From: Vulcanibacillus sp.
GTDB lineage: Bacteria; Bacillota; Bacilli; Tepidibacillales; Tepidibacillaceae
Assembly (NCBI GenBank): GCA_050175155.1
Contig: JBFXJF010000003.1
Span: 51,945-115,944 of the forward strand
Length of the DNA: 64,000 nucleotides
Reading direction: 5' to 3'
In this document: one piece after another, positions 38,938 through 50,559 of the stretch
Layout: every line of letters starts with the position of its first letter
Numbering within the stretch: position 1 is the stretch's first letter
Translations under genes and position numbers: made by a program
Notes under the pieces: model-generated
Database searches by the model: none
Told to the model about the DNA's origin: nothing
Seen by the model: the letters and a program-made list of their open reading frames with translations, nothing else

Positions 38938-40196
38938 GCATTATTAGCACTTCATTATTGGTAATAGAAATATTAATAGCTTTTATTGCAATGCTATTTG
39001 TGCATGAATTAGGACATTTTGTTTTTGCAAAGAGAGCAGGTATTCTAGTTAGAGAGTTTTCAATAGGAATGGGTCCCAAAATTTATTCTATCAAAAAAGG
39101 AGAAACTAAATACTCACTTAGAATATTGCCAATTGGAGCATATGTTAGTATGGCTGGGGAAGACGTGGAGACATATGATGTTAAGATTGGCCAAACAATA
39201 GGTATAGAGACAGACTCACAAAATATAATTACCAATATTTATCCTAAAGTAGATGATAATAGAAAAATTACGATAGAGGAACTAGATTTAGAAAACAAAC
39301 TATTTATTAAAGGACTAGATGATGAAGGGAATTTTTTAGATTTATTAGTTTCCAGAGAAGCAACAATACATTTAGAGGGCAAGAAAATACAAATAGCTCC
39401 ACTTGATCGTCAATTTGGATCAAAACCTATTACGAGCAGGTTTCTTAGTATTATTGGGGGACCTTTATTTAATATAATTTTTGCATTAGTATTATTTTTT
39501 ACTATTGCTTTAATGATTGGAGCTCCTAGTAACCAGGTAACCATTGGTGACATAACTGAAAACTCTCCAGCAGCTGAAGCTGGTTTACAAATAGGTGATA
39601 AAATTCTAGGTATTAATAATATTGTTTTTGATAGTTCAGATAAATTGGTTTTGATGATACAAAATTCTCCAGAACAAGAAATTGAGTTAGATATTGAAAG
39701 AGATGGAATGTTATTAAAAGTATTGATTATTCCACAAGATGAGGACAAGGATGGAATTGGTTTAATTGGAATAAAACCTGTTCAGGTATATCAAGATGTA
39801 TCAATATTTCAAGCAGTTTCAATGAGTTTTTCTGAGACGGTTAAATGGATTGGTTTGATTTTTGAGAGTTTTGAGATGTTGTTCTCAGGTGATGTTGGTT
39901 TGGATGATGTTGCGGGTCCAGTAGGAATTGTTAAAATTACTAGTGATGCAGCAAAAGCAGGAATATACACTCTTATGAATTGGACTGCTATTCTTAGTTT
40001 ATATCTTGGTATTTTTAATTTACTTCCAATACCAGCGCTAGACGGAAGTCGTTTATTATTTCTTACTGTTGAAGCAATTAGAAGAAAACCTATCGACCCT
40101 AAAAAGGAAAGTTTTATCCATTTTATTGGCTTTGCTTTTTTAATGCTATTAATGATATTTATAACAGTTAATGATGTAACAAAGCTATTTAATTAA
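38934..40196 (+). CDS. rseP: Site-2 (RIP) zinc metalloprotease RseP/RasP
   Basis: 420 aa with HELGHF, a PDZ segment ([18 protein letters not shown]) and a C-terminal [15 protein letters not shown] overlap with the dxr stop. Confidence 0.9.
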   Translation: MSIISTSLLVIEILIAFIAMLFVHELGHFVFAKRAGILVREFSIGMGPKIYSIKKGETKYSLRILPIGAYVSMAGEDVETYDVKIGQTIGIETDSQNIITNIYPKVDDNRKITIEELDLENKLFIKGLDDEGNFLDLLVSREATIHLEGKKIQIAPLDRQFGSKPITSRFLSIIGGPLFNIIFALVLFFTIALMIGAPSNQVTIGDITENSPAAEAGLQIGDKILGINNIVFDSSDKLVLMIQNSPEQEIELDIERDGMLLKVLIIPQDEDKDGIGLIGIKPVQVYQDVSIFQAVSMSFSETVKWIGLIFESFEMLFSGDVGLDDVAGPVGIVKITSDAAKAGIYTLMNWTAILSLYLGIFNLLPIPALDGSRLLFLTVEAIRRKPIDPKKESFIHFIGFAFLMLLMIFITVNDVTKLFN

Positions 40197-40225
40197 TTAG
40201 AATATTTATCAAGGTAGGTGTCGTA

Positions 40226-41308
40226 GTGTATAAAAGGAATGAGACAAGACCAGTTTATGTTGGAAATGTACAAATTGGAGGTCAAACTGATGTTGTAATT
40301 CAATCAATGACTTCAACTGATACAAGAAACATTGAGGCAACAGTGAGACAAATCGAAGCTTTAAAAATGGCTGGCTGTCAAATAGTTAGATTAGCAGTTA
40401 TAGATATTGAAGCAGCAGAGGCTATTAAGGAAATTAAAAAAAGAACTACGCTTCCATTAGTAGCTGATATACATTTCGATTACAAATTAGCTATAACTGC
40501 ATTAGAGAATGGCATAGATAAAATTAGAATAAATCCCGGAAATATTGGATCAATTGACAAAGTCCGTAAGGTTGTAGAAGCTTGTAATGATAGAAAAGTT
40601 GCAATACGCATTGGAATTAATTCAGGTTCAATTGAAAAGGAAATCCTTCATAAATATGGTCATCCAACTGCGGAGGGTATGGTAGAATCAGCAATGAAAC
40701 ATATTGAAATGTTAGAAGATTTAGATTTTGAAGATATTGTAATATCATTAAAATCCTCTAATGTTTTAATGATGATACAAGCTTATTATTTAATGGCTGA
40801 AAAAAGAAACTACCCATTGCACGTTGGTGTTACTGAAGCGGGAACAATTTTTTCAGGAAGTATTAAATCTGCGATAGGCATTGGTTCTATATTATCTGGC
40901 GGTATCGGAGATACGATTCGTGTCTCTTTAACAGCTGATCCAGTCGAAGAAATAAAAGTTGCTAAGGAAATATTGAAGGATTTAGATATTAGAAATACAG
41001 ACCCGCAGATAATTTCTTGCCCAACTTGCGGACGAACCCAGATAAATTTAGAAAAACTAGCAAATAAAGTAGAAAAAGCATTGTTTTTGATTGATAAGCC
41101 ATTAAAAATTGCGGTCATGGGATGTGCTGTTAATGGTCCTGGTGAAGCAAAAGAGGCTGATGTTGGTGTTGCTGGAGGAAATGGAGAAGGATTGATTTTT
41201 CGAAATGGAGAAATTGTTAGAAAAGTAAAAGAAGAGAATCTTTTTGAAGAATTAATGAAAGAAATAGAAGATATTATTGGAAAACCAATTCTAAACAAAT
41301 TATTATGA
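40226..41308 (+). CDS. ispG: 4-hydroxy-3-methylbut-2-enyl diphosphate synthase
   Basis: 360 aa with [20 protein letters not shown] and Fe-S cysteines in SCPTCGR and [12 protein letters not shown] start. Confidence 0.95.
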   Translation: MYKRNETRPVYVGNVQIGGQTDVVIQSMTSTDTRNIEATVRQIEALKMAGCQIVRLAVIDIEAAEAIKEIKKRTTLPLVADIHFDYKLAITALENGIDKIRINPGNIGSIDKVRKVVEACNDRKVAIRIGINSGSIEKEILHKYGHPTAEGMVESAMKHIEMLEDLDFEDIVISLKSSNVLMMIQAYYLMAEKRNYPLHVGVTEAGTIFSGSIKSAIGIGSILSGGIGDTIRVSLTADPVEEIKVAKEILKDLDIRNTDPQIISCPTCGRTQINLEKLANKVEKALFLIDKPLKIAVMGCAVNGPGEAKEADVGVAGGNGEGLIFRNGEIVRKVKEENLFEELMKEIEDIIGKPILNKLL

Positions 41309-41338
41309 TTAATATATGCTTTCTCAAAAGGTGATAAA

Positions 41339-44300
41339 GTGAATAATAATGGTAATTACGTTTTTAATAAATTAGTTGAATCATTTAATATCCCAAGAGA
41401 TATTTTAGAATATTTCTCCGGTGCCGAAATTGAAAAGGTAGAGTTAACGCGTTTAAATAATGAATTAACAATATATTTTAGTTTTATAGATTTAATACCT
41501 AAAAAGATATACGATCAGTTTCAAGAAATTATTAATAATAGACTAGAGGGATACCAGAAAGTAAGTTATTGTATTCGTTTTAAATCTGCAATTTCAAAGG
41601 AAATTATTTTAGAGTATTGGCTAAATATTATAGAATCATTCAAGTTAAATCCAAGCACATACAATATGTTAAAAGATGTGAATTTAAAAATAGAGAATCA
41701 GTATTTAACTATATTTGTGCCTAGTTTGGCAATTAAAGAATTACTTCAAAGAAAAGAAGTTACCAAATCAATATCGGATATTTTGTCCTTTTGGATAGAT
41801 GATAAATATACGGTTAATCTAGAGTGTAATGAGTTTGAAGTGAATCAAACAATAAATAATAATGAATTATGTAATTATGATACTGAAGTAATAGATAACG
41901 AAATACTTATTGAAAATAATGATAGAGGAAAAAAAACTAGTGAAATTTTAAATAAGGAAAAAATGATCTATGGAAAAAAAATTATTGGTATATCCAAACC
42001 AATTGTGGAGATAAATGAAGAAGAGGATAATGTTGTTATAGAGGGAACTCTTTTCTCATTTGAAATAAAAGATACGAAAAATGGTGGTCAGATTGTTATT
42101 CTTAATCTGACAGACCTAAAGGACTCTATTCAAGCGAAATTATTTATTAAAAACTCTGATAAAAATAATCAAATAATTAACAATTTAAAGATAGATATGT
42201 GTTTGAGAATAAAAGGAAATATAAGAAATGATGCTTTTTCAAATGAATTAGTTTTGCTAGGTACAAGTATAATGCAAATAGATTCGAGAATGAGAGAAGA
42301 TACAGCTGAGGAAAAAAGAGTTGAGCTTCATTTACATACTAATATGAGTGCGATGGACGGCATTACTTCAATTAATAAATACTTAGAACAAGCTAGCATA
42401 TGGGGACATAAGGCTATTGCAATAACAGATCACGGAGTAGCACAAAGTTTTCCTGAGGCTTATGAGGCAGGACAAAGATTTGGTATAAAGATTGTGTATG
42501 GATTAGAAGCTAATGTTGTTGATGATACTACACCTATCGTTTTTAAAGAACAATCTAGAAGTCTATCGGATGATACATATGTAGTGTTTGATACTGAAAC
42601 AACTGGTTTGTCTGCAGTATTTAATAAGATAATTGAAATTGGTGCGGTTAAAGTAAAGGAAGGGAAAATAGTAGATAAATTCGAAATGTTTGTCGATCCA
42701 CAAGAATTAATATCTACTAAAATTACTGAGTTAACAGGAATAACAAATGAAATGGTTAAAGGTGCTTCCCTAATTAATGAAGTTTTATTAAAGTTCAAGG
42801 ATTTTATTGGAGAATCTATCTTAGTAGCACATAATGCAAAATTTGATCTGAATTTTTTGAATATTAACCTTGGGAAAATTGGGGAAAATGAGTTAGATAA
42901 TCCATTAATTGATACAGTTGAATTAGCTAGATTTTTGTATCCTAATATGAAAAATTACAAACTCAACACACTTTGCAAACAATTTAATATTGAACTTAAG
43001 CATCACCGTGCTTACAATGATGCAGAAGCTACCTCTTTTTTATTATTAGAAATGGTTTTAGAGTTAAAGAAGAAAGGTATAGAAAACTTAAATGATATTA
43101 ATAAAAATGTTGGGGAAAGGGATTATAAAAAACTGCGGCCCTTTCATTTAACAATATTAGTAAAGAATTATATTGGTTTAAAGAATCTGTATAAAATTAT
43201 CTCAAAGTCTCATATAGATTTTTTTTATCGTTGTCCAAGAATTCCAAGGAATGTTTTAACAGAATATAGAGAAGGCTTACTTTTCGGTACGGCATGCAAT
43301 CAGGGAGAATTATTTAATGCAATGATAAGTAAAACACCTAAAGAGATTGAAGAGATTATAAAATTTTATGATTACTTAGAGATTCAACCTATTAAAAATT
43401 ATAAGCATTTAATTAATAATGGCTTATTAAAACAGACAGAAGATATTATCGATATTCATAATAGAATCATAGAGTTGGGGGAAAAACTTAATATTCCTGT
43501 CGTAGCAACTGGAGACGTACATTATTTAAATCCTGAGGAAGAAATAAATAGAAAGATTTTGGTATACAATCAAATAGGTGGATATAGATATCATCAATCT
43601 GACGACCTAAGTCCTGCATATTATCATACTACAAATGAAATGTATGAGGAATTTGCACATCTAGATAAAAATATTGCTAAAAAAATAATTGTTGACAATC
43701 CAAATAAAATTGTTCAGAAAATTGAGAACATGAAACCTTATCCTGATGGGTTACATTCTCCAATAATTGATGGTGCAGATGATGAAATTCGTCAAATGAG
43801 TTATAATACTGCAAAAACTATTTATGGAGACCATCTACCTGAGATAGTTGAGAAAAGACTTGAGAAAGAACTACAAAGTATAATAGAGAATGGTTTTGCT
43901 GTAATTTATTTAATATCTCACAAGCTAGTAAATAAATCTTTAGAAGATGGTTTTATTGTAGGATCAAGAGGGTCAGTTGGTTCTTCATTTGTTGCAACGA
44001 TGACTAAAATTACAGAGGTTAATCCTTTACCGCCACATTATATTTGTGGTGTTTGCAAACATAATGAATTTGTTCTTGATGGTTCATATGGTTCTGGATA
44101 TGATTTACCAGATAAGGAATGTCCGAATTGTCATAATAAAATGAATAAAGAAGGTCAAGATATTCCTTTTGAAACGTTCATGGGATATAAAGGGGATAAA
44201 GTACCTGATATAGACTTGAATTTTTCTGGTAATTATCAGGCGACAATTCATAAATATGCAGAGGAGGTATTTGGTTCTGAGTATGTTTATCGAGCAGGAA

Positions 44301-45631
44301 CGATCTCTACTATTGCAGAAAAGACAGCTTATGGTTATGTAAAAAAGTATTCAGAAGATAATAATCTTAATTTTCGAAATGTTGAAATAAGTCGATTGGT
44401 TCTTGGTTGTACGGGTATTAAAAGAACTACTGGACAACATCCTGGAGGGTTAATGATTATACCACAATACAAGGATGTTTATGATTTTACTCCAATACAA
44501 AAACCGGCCGATGACATGTCAACTGAAACTGTAACTACACACTTTGATTATCACGCAATAAGTGGTAGATTACTAAAACTTGACATTCTTGGACATGATG
44601 ATCCAACAGTTATAAGGATGTTAGAAGATCTAACAGGTATTGAACCAAAATCTATACCTATGGATGATTTGAACGTATATGAAATATTTAGAAGTACAAA
44701 ACCTCTAGGTTTAACTTCGACAAAGATAAGGAATAAAACCGGAACTGTTGGGATACCCGAGTTTGGTACAAAGTTTGTCAGACAAATGCTTGAAGATACT
44801 AAACCAACAACTTTTTCTGAGTTAGTTCGTATATCAGGATTGTCACATGGTACGGATGTTTGGTTAAATAATGCTCAAGAATTGATTAAGGACAAAAAGG
44901 CAAAATTATCTGAAGTAATATGTACTAGAGACGATATAATGTTATATCTAATTCAAAAGGGTCTAGATACTTCTATTGCTTTTAATATTAGTGAGAATGT
45001 TCGTAAGGGAAAGGGGCTAGACTCTAAATATATTGAAGAAATGAGTAAGTTTAATGTTCCGGATTGGTATATTAAATCTTGTCAAAAGATTAAGTATATG
45101 TTTCCAAAAGCACATGCAGTAGCTTACGTTCAGATGGCAGTGCGCATTGCATATTTCAAGGTATATTATCCGATTTATTATTATGCTACTTATTTTTCAA
45201 TCCGTGCAGATGAATTTATTCCATTAATAATGACTTCAAACGTTCAAAATATTAATAATAAAATAGAGGAGATTCTTTCTAAAGGAAATTCCGTAACTCA
45301 GAAAGAGAAAAATCTTTTAACCGTTCTTGAGGTAGCATTAGAAATGTTAGAAAGAGGTTTTTATTTTCAAAATGTCGATTTATATAAATCTGATTCTACT
45401 AAATTTTTAGTTAATAATAACTTAACGACTCTTATTCCACCTTTTAAATCTATTTCTGGCATAGGTGAAAATGCTGCGAATAACATTATTATGGCTAGAA
45501 AACAAGGTGATTTTCTTTCGATAGAAGATTTTCAAACTAGATCAAAGGTATCTAAAACAGTAATAGAAATATTAGAGGAACTTGGCTCTTTAAAAGATTT
45601 GCCATCATCGAATCAGTTGTCTCTTTTTTAA
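41339..45631 (+). CDS. polC: DNA polymerase III PolC-type alpha subunit
   Basis: 1430 aa with a PHP domain (VELHLHTNMSAMDG), an inserted 3'-5' exonuclease (VVFDTETTGL, HNAKFDLNFL, HRAYNDAEA), a Zn finger (CGVCKHNEF..CPNCHNK) and a polymerase core. Confidence 0.97.
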   Translation: MNNNGNYVFNKLVESFNIPRDILEYFSGAEIEKVELTRLNNELTIYFSFIDLIPKKIYDQFQEIINNRLEGYQKVSYCIRFKSAISKEIILEYWLNIIESFKLNPSTYNMLKDVNLKIENQYLTIFVPSLAIKELLQRKEVTKSISDILSFWIDDKYTVNLECNEFEVNQTINNNELCNYDTEVIDNEILIENNDRGKKTSEILNKEKMIYGKKIIGISKPIVEINEEEDNVVIEGTLFSFEIKDTKNGGQIVILNLTDLKDSIQAKLFIKNSDKNNQIINNLKIDMCLRIKGNIRNDAFSNELVLLGTSIMQIDSRMREDTAEEKRVELHLHTNMSAMDGITSINKYLEQASIWGHKAIAITDHGVAQSFPEAYEAGQRFGIKIVYGLEANVVDDTTPIVFKEQSRSLSDDTYVVFDTETTGLSAVFNKIIEIGAVKVKEGKIVDKFEMFVDPQELISTKITELTGITNEMVKGASLINEVLLKFKDFIGESILVAHNAKFDLNFLNINLGKIGENELDNPLIDTVELARFLYPNMKNYKLNTLCKQFNIELKHHRAYNDAEATSFLLLEMVLELKKKGIENLNDINKNVGERDYKKLRPFHLTILVKNYIGLKNLYKIISKSHIDFFYRCPRIPRNVLTEYREGLLFGTACNQGELFNAMISKTPKEIEEIIKFYDYLEIQPIKNYKHLINNGLLKQTEDIIDIHNRIIELGEKLNIPVVATGDVHYLNPEEEINRKILVYNQIGGYRYHQSDDLSPAYYHTTNEMYEEFAHLDKNIAKKIIVDNPNKIVQKIENMKPYPDGLHSPIIDGADDEIRQMSYNTAKTIYGDHLPEIVEKRLEKELQSIIENGFAVIYLISHKLVNKSLEDGFIVGSRGSVGSSFVATMTKITEVNPLPPHYICGVCKHNEFVLDGSYGSGYDLPDKECPNCHNKMNKEGQDIPFETFMGYKGDKVPDIDLNFSGNYQATIHKYAEEVFGSEYVYRAGTISTIAEKTAYGYVKKYSEDNNLNFRNVEISRLVLGCTGIKRTTGQHPGGLMIIPQYKDVYDFTPIQKPADDMSTETVTTHFDYHAISGRLLKLDILGHDDPTVIRMLEDLTGIEPKSIPMDDLNVYEIFRSTKPLGLTSTKIRNKTGTVGIPEFGTKFVRQMLEDTKPTTFSELVRISGLSHGTDVWLNNAQELIKDKKAKLSEVICTRDDIMLYLIQKGLDTSIAFNISENVRKGKGLDSKYIEEMSKFNVPDWYIKSCQKIKYMFPKAHAVAYVQMAVRIAYFKVYYPIYYYATYFSIRADEFIPLIMTSNVQNINNKIEEILSKGNSVTQKEKNLLTVLEVALEMLERGFYFQNVDLYKSDSTKFLVNNNLTTLIPPFKSISGIGENAANNIIMARKQGDFLSIEDFQTRSKVSKTVIEILEELGSLKDLPSSNQLSLF

Positions 45632-45643
45632 CAATAATAATAA

Positions 45644-45673
45644 TTGCTTAGAAAGATGATTTTATGATATAAT
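45644..45673 (+). promoter_or_regulatory. Candidate sigmaA promoter of the rimP-nusA-infB operon
   Basis: TTGCTT-N18-TATAAT with an extended -10 (TGaTATAAT), 13 nt after the polC stop. Confidence 0.5.
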
Positions 45674-45704
45674 CTTTTTGGCTATAATATTTATAGATTT
45701 CGCA

Positions 45705-45734
45705 AAGAGTGGGGTAACCCACTCTTACATTTTT
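45705..45734 (+). terminator. Leader terminator/attenuator between the promoter and rimP
   Basis: Perfect 9-bp stem AAGAGTGGG-GTAA-CCCACTCTT followed by ACATTTTT (an interrupted U tract). It lies about 25 nt downstream of the predicted start site and 45 nt upstream of the rimP ATG. Confidence 0.5.
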
Positions 45735-45779
45735 ACATAAGGACTTCTAAATATTTATATTTATAAAGGAGAATAAAGT

Positions 45780-46241
45780 ATGAGTATAAAAGTTACTCAA
45801 AAAATAGAAGAAATTGTTTTACCAATTATCAAGGAATTGAATTTGGAACTATTTAACATCGAGTATAAAAGGGAAGGGAATAATTGGTTTCTGAGAATAT
45901 TTATCGATAAGTCGGATGGGGAAGTTGATATAGATGACTGTGGAAAGGTAAGCGAGAACTTAAGTATTCAACTTGATAAAGTAGATCCTATTCCTAATGC
46001 CTATTTTTTAGAAGTATCTTCACCTGGGGCTGAACGACCTTTAAGAAATGAAAAAGATATTTTAAATTCAATTAATAAGAAAATTCACATAACTACAACT
46101 GAATTAATAAATAACCAAAAGATATTTGAAGGGATTTTAGAAAATTTCGAGAACAATACGCTTACGGTAAAGTGTGATAAATTAAAAGTTGAGATTTCTT
46201 ATGATTTAATTGCTAGTATAAGATTAGCAGTAGTTTTTTAA
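45780..46241 (+). CDS. rimP: Ribosome maturation factor RimP (YlxS)
   Basis: 153 aa with WFLRIFIDK, IDDCGKVSE and LEVSSPGAERPL. Confidence 0.9.
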   Translation: MSIKVTQKIEEIVLPIIKELNLELFNIEYKREGNNWFLRIFIDKSDGEVDIDDCGKVSENLSIQLDKVDPIPNAYFLEVSSPGAERPLRNEKDILNSINKKIHITTTELINNQKIFEGILENFENNTLTVKCDKLKVEISYDLIASIRLAVVF

Positions 46242-46260
46242 ATGGAAAGGAGGAGATAAA

Positions 46261-47304
46261 ATGAATAATGAATTTATGGATGCACTAGCACAACTTGAAA
46301 AAGAAAAGGGTATTAGTAAAGAAATATTAATCGAGGCTATTGAAGCTGCACTAATATCTGGATATAAAAGAAATTTTCATTCTGCACAAAATGTTAGGGT
46401 TGAAATTAATAGAGAAAGTGGAACTGTAAAGGTTTTAGCTAGAAAAACTGTTTCTGAGGAAGTATTAGATCCTAGACTAGAAATATCATTTGAAGTAGCT
46501 AGGCAAATAAATGCTAACTACCAAGTAGATGATATTGTAGAAATAGAAATCACACCAAAAGAATTTGGCAGAATAGCGGCACAAACAGCTAAACAGGTTG
46601 TAACACAAAGAATTAGAGAAGCAGAACGTGGTGTTGTTTTCGATATATTTATTGACAAAGAAGAAGATATAGTAACAGGTATCGCACAAAGACAAGATCA
46701 ACGATACATATATATTGATTTAGGAAAGGCTGAGGCTTTATTGCCTATTAATGAAGTGATGCCTACAGAAAAAGTTAAGCATGGCGACAGATTAAAAGTA
46801 TTTATTACTAAAGTAGAAAAAACTACAAAAGGACCACAAATATATGTATCAAGAACACACCCGGGGTTATTAAAAAGGTTATTTGAACTTGAAGTACCAG
46901 AAATATATGATGGAGTAGTAGAGATAAAATCGGTTGCAAGAGAAGCAGGACATCGTTCAAAGATAGCAGTTCATTCTCATAAAGCAGAAGTTGACTCTGT
47001 TGGTTCGTGTGTTGGACCAAAAGGATCTCGTGTTCAAACAATTGTTAATGAACTAAAAGGTGAAAAAATCGATATTGTAAAATGGTCTAATAATGTTGAA
47101 ACATTTATATCAAATGCTTTAAGTCCATCAAAGGTTCTTAATGTTGATGTAAATGAAGAGGAAAAAACTGCTAAAGTTATTGTTCCTGATTATCAATTAT
47201 CTTTAGCAATAGGAAAAGAAGGTCAAAACGCACGACTAGCTGCTAAGTTAACGGGATGGAAAATTGATATTAAAAGTGAATCTCAAATAGCTTCAAAACA
47301 ATAG
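46261..47304 (+). CDS. nusA: Transcription termination/antitermination factor NusA
   Basis: 347 aa with an N-terminal domain, S1 and two KH domains (GSCVGPKGSRVQ, AIGKEGQNARLAAKLTGWKIDI). Confidence 0.95.
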   Translation: MNNEFMDALAQLEKEKGISKEILIEAIEAALISGYKRNFHSAQNVRVEINRESGTVKVLARKTVSEEVLDPRLEISFEVARQINANYQVDDIVEIEITPKEFGRIAAQTAKQVVTQRIREAERGVVFDIFIDKEEDIVTGIAQRQDQRYIYIDLGKAEALLPINEVMPTEKVKHGDRLKVFITKVEKTTKGPQIYVSRTHPGLLKRLFELEVPEIYDGVVEIKSVAREAGHRSKIAVHSHKAEVDSVGSCVGPKGSRVQTIVNELKGEKIDIVKWSNNVETFISNALSPSKVLNVDVNEEEKTAKVIVPDYQLSLAIGKEGQNARLAAKLTGWKIDIKSESQIASKQ

Positions 47305-47315
47305 GGGGTTTCGTA

Positions 47316-47597
47316 ATGAAAAAGATACCCATGAGAAAATGTACTGCATGTCAAGAATTGAAATCTAAAAGAGAATTAATTCGAATTGTTCGTACTCCAG
47401 ATAAAATAGTAGAAATTGATCTAAAAGGGAAAAAGTCAGGAAGAGGAGCATATATTTGTTATCGATCTGACTGTTTACAATTAGCAAAAAAAAAGAAGTC
47501 ACTTGAAAAAGCATTAGATGTAAAAATTGAAGAAGAGATTTACAATAAAATACAAACGGAGATTGAAAAGATAAGTGGAACAAATCAAAGCACTTAA
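47316..47597 (+). CDS. ylxR: YlxR (DUF448) RNA-binding protein
   Basis: 93 aa. MRKCTACQELKSKRELIRIV..GRGAYIC is characteristic of YlxR. Located nusA-ylxR-ylxQ-infB. Confidence 0.85.
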   Translation: MKKIPMRKCTACQELKSKRELIRIVRTPDKIVEIDLKGKKSGRGAYICYRSDCLQLAKKKKSLEKALDVKIEEEIYNKIQTEIEKISGTNQST

Positions 47598-47874
47598 TTT
47601 TTTAGGATTAACGAATAAGGCTGGTAAATTAGTATCTGGGAACGAAAACGTTATAGAGGCAATTCAAAAAAATAGAGTTTATTTAGTATTTATTGCTGTA
47701 GATGCTTCAGAGAATACCAAAAAAAAAGCGATTGACAAGTGTATTTATTATAATGTTCCTTATAAGATATGCTTTAACAGTGAACAAATAGGACATTCAA
47801 TTGGTAAAGAGTCACGAATGTTGGTAGCAATTACTGACAATGGATTTAGTAATAGATTAAAAGATATAGAATAA
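47575..47874 (+). CDS. ylxQ: L7Ae-family RNA-binding protein YlxQ
   Basis: 99 aa with [26 protein letters not shown] and [15 protein letters not shown] start overlaps the end of ylxR. Confidence 0.8.
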   Translation: MEQIKALNFLGLTNKAGKLVSGNENVIEAIQKNRVYLVFIAVDASENTKKKAIDKCIYYNVPYKICFNSEQIGHSIGKESRMLVAITDNGFSNRLKDIE

Positions 47875-47893
47875 TAAATACGGGGGTGAACCA

Positions 47894-50194
47894 ATGAGTA
47901 AATTAAGAGTGCATGAATTAGCAAAAGTTCATGAAGTTCAAAGCAAAGAAATATTAAATGTATTAAAGAAACTGAATTATCCTGTAAACAATCACATGAG
48001 TACTGTTGAAGAGGAAATAATAATAAAAGTTGAAGAATACTTTAATTCTTTAAAAACTGGGAAGGTTATTAAGAAGGCAGACGTAAAACCTATATTAAGT
48101 GATAGTAAAAATAAGAAGGTTGAAGAACAAATAAATAAATCAGGCGATAAAATTGAACTGAAAGTTGATACAAATAAACTATCAGAAAAACAGTCACAAA
48201 AAAAGGTTCTAGATAAAGATGAATTTGAAGTAGATATGACAGATTTACCTGTTGGAATCGATATTCAAAATAGTAAGATTAAATTAAAAGATGATTTAGT
48301 AGATAAGAAAAGAACAAAGATTAGTAAGCCTAAATATAATGATAATAAAAATACAAATTATAAAGAAGTACAAAAAAATAATTTAGATAAAAATAAAGGC
48401 AATACAAAATTTAAAGATGAAGGAAAACATTTGGAAAAAAAAATTCCTTCAAAAATTATATATACTGGTTTCTTAACTGTAGGGGAATTAGCAAAACTTC
48501 TTTGTCTAGAGACATCTGAAATTATTAAAAAATTAATGTCATTAGGAATTATGGCTACGATAAACCAAGAACTAGAAATTGATGTAATTAAAATAGTTGC
48601 TGAAGAATATGGGGTAGAAACAGAAGAAAGAATTCAAATTGATGAGAGTCAGTTTGAACTAATAGAGGATATTGACCATGAAGAGGACCTCATCGAAAGG
48701 GCTCCTATAGTTACAATTATGGGTCATGTTGATCATGGAAAAACTACTTTGCTGGATGCAATAAGAAATTCGAAAATTACAGCTGGTGAGGCAGGTGGGA
48801 TTACACAGCACATTGGTGCATATCAAGTTGAAAGCAAAAATAAAAAGATAACCTTTTTAGATACGCCAGGTCATGCTGCTTTTACATCAATGCGTGCACG
48901 TGGAGCACAGGTTACTGACATTACTATTCTAGTTGTCGCTGCAGATGATGGAGTAATGCCACAAACAGTTGAAGCTATAAATCACGCGAAAGCTGCCAAT
49001 GTTCCTATAATTGTTGCAATAAACAAAATTGATAAACCGAACATAAACATAGATCGAATTAAACAAGAATTATCTGAACACGGACTTTTATCAGAAGATT
49101 GGGGTGGAAGCACAATCTTTGTACCAGTTTCCGCTCTTCGAAATCAAGGTTTAGATAATTTATTAGAAATGTTGTTATTACTTGCTGAGGTAGAAGAATA
49201 TAAAGCTAATCCAAAACGTTTAGCAAGGGGAACTATTATTGAATCTCAACTGGACAAAGGTAGAGGTGTAGTTGCTACAGTTTTAATACAAAATGGAACG
49301 TTAAATATTGGGGATCCAGTTGTTGCGGGAACTACTTATGGCAGAGTTAGAGCTATGGTTAATGACAAAGGTAAAAGAATAAAGGAAGCAGGACCATCTA
49401 CTCCTGTAGAAATAACTGGGCTTAACGAGGTTCCACAGGCTGGAGATCAATTTATTGCTTTTTCGGAAGAAAGAAAAGCAAGAACTATAAGTGAAAAAAG
49501 GGCTCAAAAACTTCGTCAAGAAGAACTAAATGTTACTTCTCGCGTTACACTTGATGATTTATTTAAACAAATTCAAGAAGGTGAAATTAAAGAGCTAAAC
49601 GTAATCATTAAAGGTGATGTGCAAGGTTCAGTAGAAGCATTACAAGGTTCTTTAGAAAAAATAGATATTGCAGGTGTAAGAGTAAAAACAATTCACAAGG
49701 GCGTTGGGGCAATAACTGAAACAGATGTGACGTTAGCATCAGCATCAAACGCTATTATTATTGGTTTTAATGTTAGGCCAGAACCACAGGCGAGAATTTC
49801 AGCCGAAAATGAAAAGGTTGATATTCGTTTACATCGAATTATATATAAAGTTATTGAAGAAATAGATGCTGCACTTAGAGGAATGTTGGACCCTGAATAT
49901 GAAGAGATTGTTATAGGTCGAGCGGAAGTAAGACAAATTTTCAAGGCTTCTAATATTGGTATCATAGCAGGTTGTTTTGTAATAGATGGTAAAATACAAA
50001 GAAATGCTAAGGCTAGAATAATTAGAGATAGTGTAATAATTTTTGATAGTAACATTGAATCACTAAAAAGATTTAAGGAAGATACTAAAGAAGTTGCTCA
50101 AGGTTACGAATGTGGTATAACAGTTGAAAGATTTACAGATATTAAAGAAGGCGACATTATTGAAGCTTATAAAATGGATGTAGTAAAGAGTTGA
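47894..50194 (+). CDS. infB: Translation initiation factor IF-2
   Basis: 766 aa with a K-rich N-terminal region and a GTPase domain ([23 protein letters not shown]). Confidence 0.97.
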   Translation: MSKLRVHELAKVHEVQSKEILNVLKKLNYPVNNHMSTVEEEIIIKVEEYFNSLKTGKVIKKADVKPILSDSKNKKVEEQINKSGDKIELKVDTNKLSEKQSQKKVLDKDEFEVDMTDLPVGIDIQNSKIKLKDDLVDKKRTKISKPKYNDNKNTNYKEVQKNNLDKNKGNTKFKDEGKHLEKKIPSKIIYTGFLTVGELAKLLCLETSEIIKKLMSLGIMATINQELEIDVIKIVAEEYGVETEERIQIDESQFELIEDIDHEEDLIERAPIVTIMGHVDHGKTTLLDAIRNSKITAGEAGGITQHIGAYQVESKNKKITFLDTPGHAAFTSMRARGAQVTDITILVVAADDGVMPQTVEAINHAKAANVPIIVAINKIDKPNINIDRIKQELSEHGLLSEDWGGSTIFVPVSALRNQGLDNLLEMLLLLAEVEEYKANPKRLARGTIIESQLDKGRGVVATVLIQNGTLNIGDPVVAGTTYGRVRAMVNDKGKRIKEAGPSTPVEITGLNEVPQAGDQFIAFSEERKARTISEKRAQKLRQEELNVTSRVTLDDLFKQIQEGEIKELNVIIKGDVQGSVEALQGSLEKIDIAGVRVKTIHKGVGAITETDVTLASASNAIIIGFNVRPEPQARISAENEKVDIRLHRIIYKVIEEIDAALRGMLDPEYEEIVIGRAEVRQIFKASNIGIIAGCFVIDGKIQRNAKARIIRDSVIIFDSNIESLKRFKEDTKEVAQGYECGITVERFTDIKEGDIIEAYKMDVVKS

Positions 50195-50205
50195 GGTGAT
50201 CTCAC

Positions 50206-50559
50206 ATGAGTAAAGTTCGTGCAGGTAGAGTTGGGGAGCAAATAAAAAAAGAAATTAGTAAAATTATTAATACTGAACTAAAAGATCCTAGGATTGGTTT
50301 TGTTACTATTACCGGGGTGGATTTAACTGGTGATTTATCTCAAGCAACAGTGCATATAAGTGTCTATGGTTCAGAGAAAGAGATTAAAGATACTTTAGAA
50401 ACAATAGAAAAAGCTAAGGGATTCTTAAGAAGTGAAATTGGTAAAAGAATTAGATTTCGCCATATACCAGAGTTGTTTTTTAAATTTGATAGTTCTATTG
50501 AATATGGTTACAAAATTGAGAAGTTATTAAAAGAAATTAAGGAAACTGATCAGTTATGA
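50206..50559 (+). CDS. rbfA: Ribosome-binding factor A
   Basis: 117 aa with RVGEQIKKEISKII, DPRIGFVTITGVDLTGDLSQATV and IRFRHIPEL. Confidence 0.9.
   Translation: MSKVRAGRVGEQIKKEISKIINTELKDPRIGFVTITGVDLTGDLSQATVHISVYGSEKEIKDTLETIEKAKGFLRSEIGKRIRFRHIPELFFKFDSSIEYGYKIEKLLKEIKETDQL

Noticed and set aside
40810-41298. 162-aa minus-strand ORF antisense to ispG
   Set aside because: It is the shadow frame of a highly conserved gene, with no independent signals such as an RBS, promoter or recognisable motifs.
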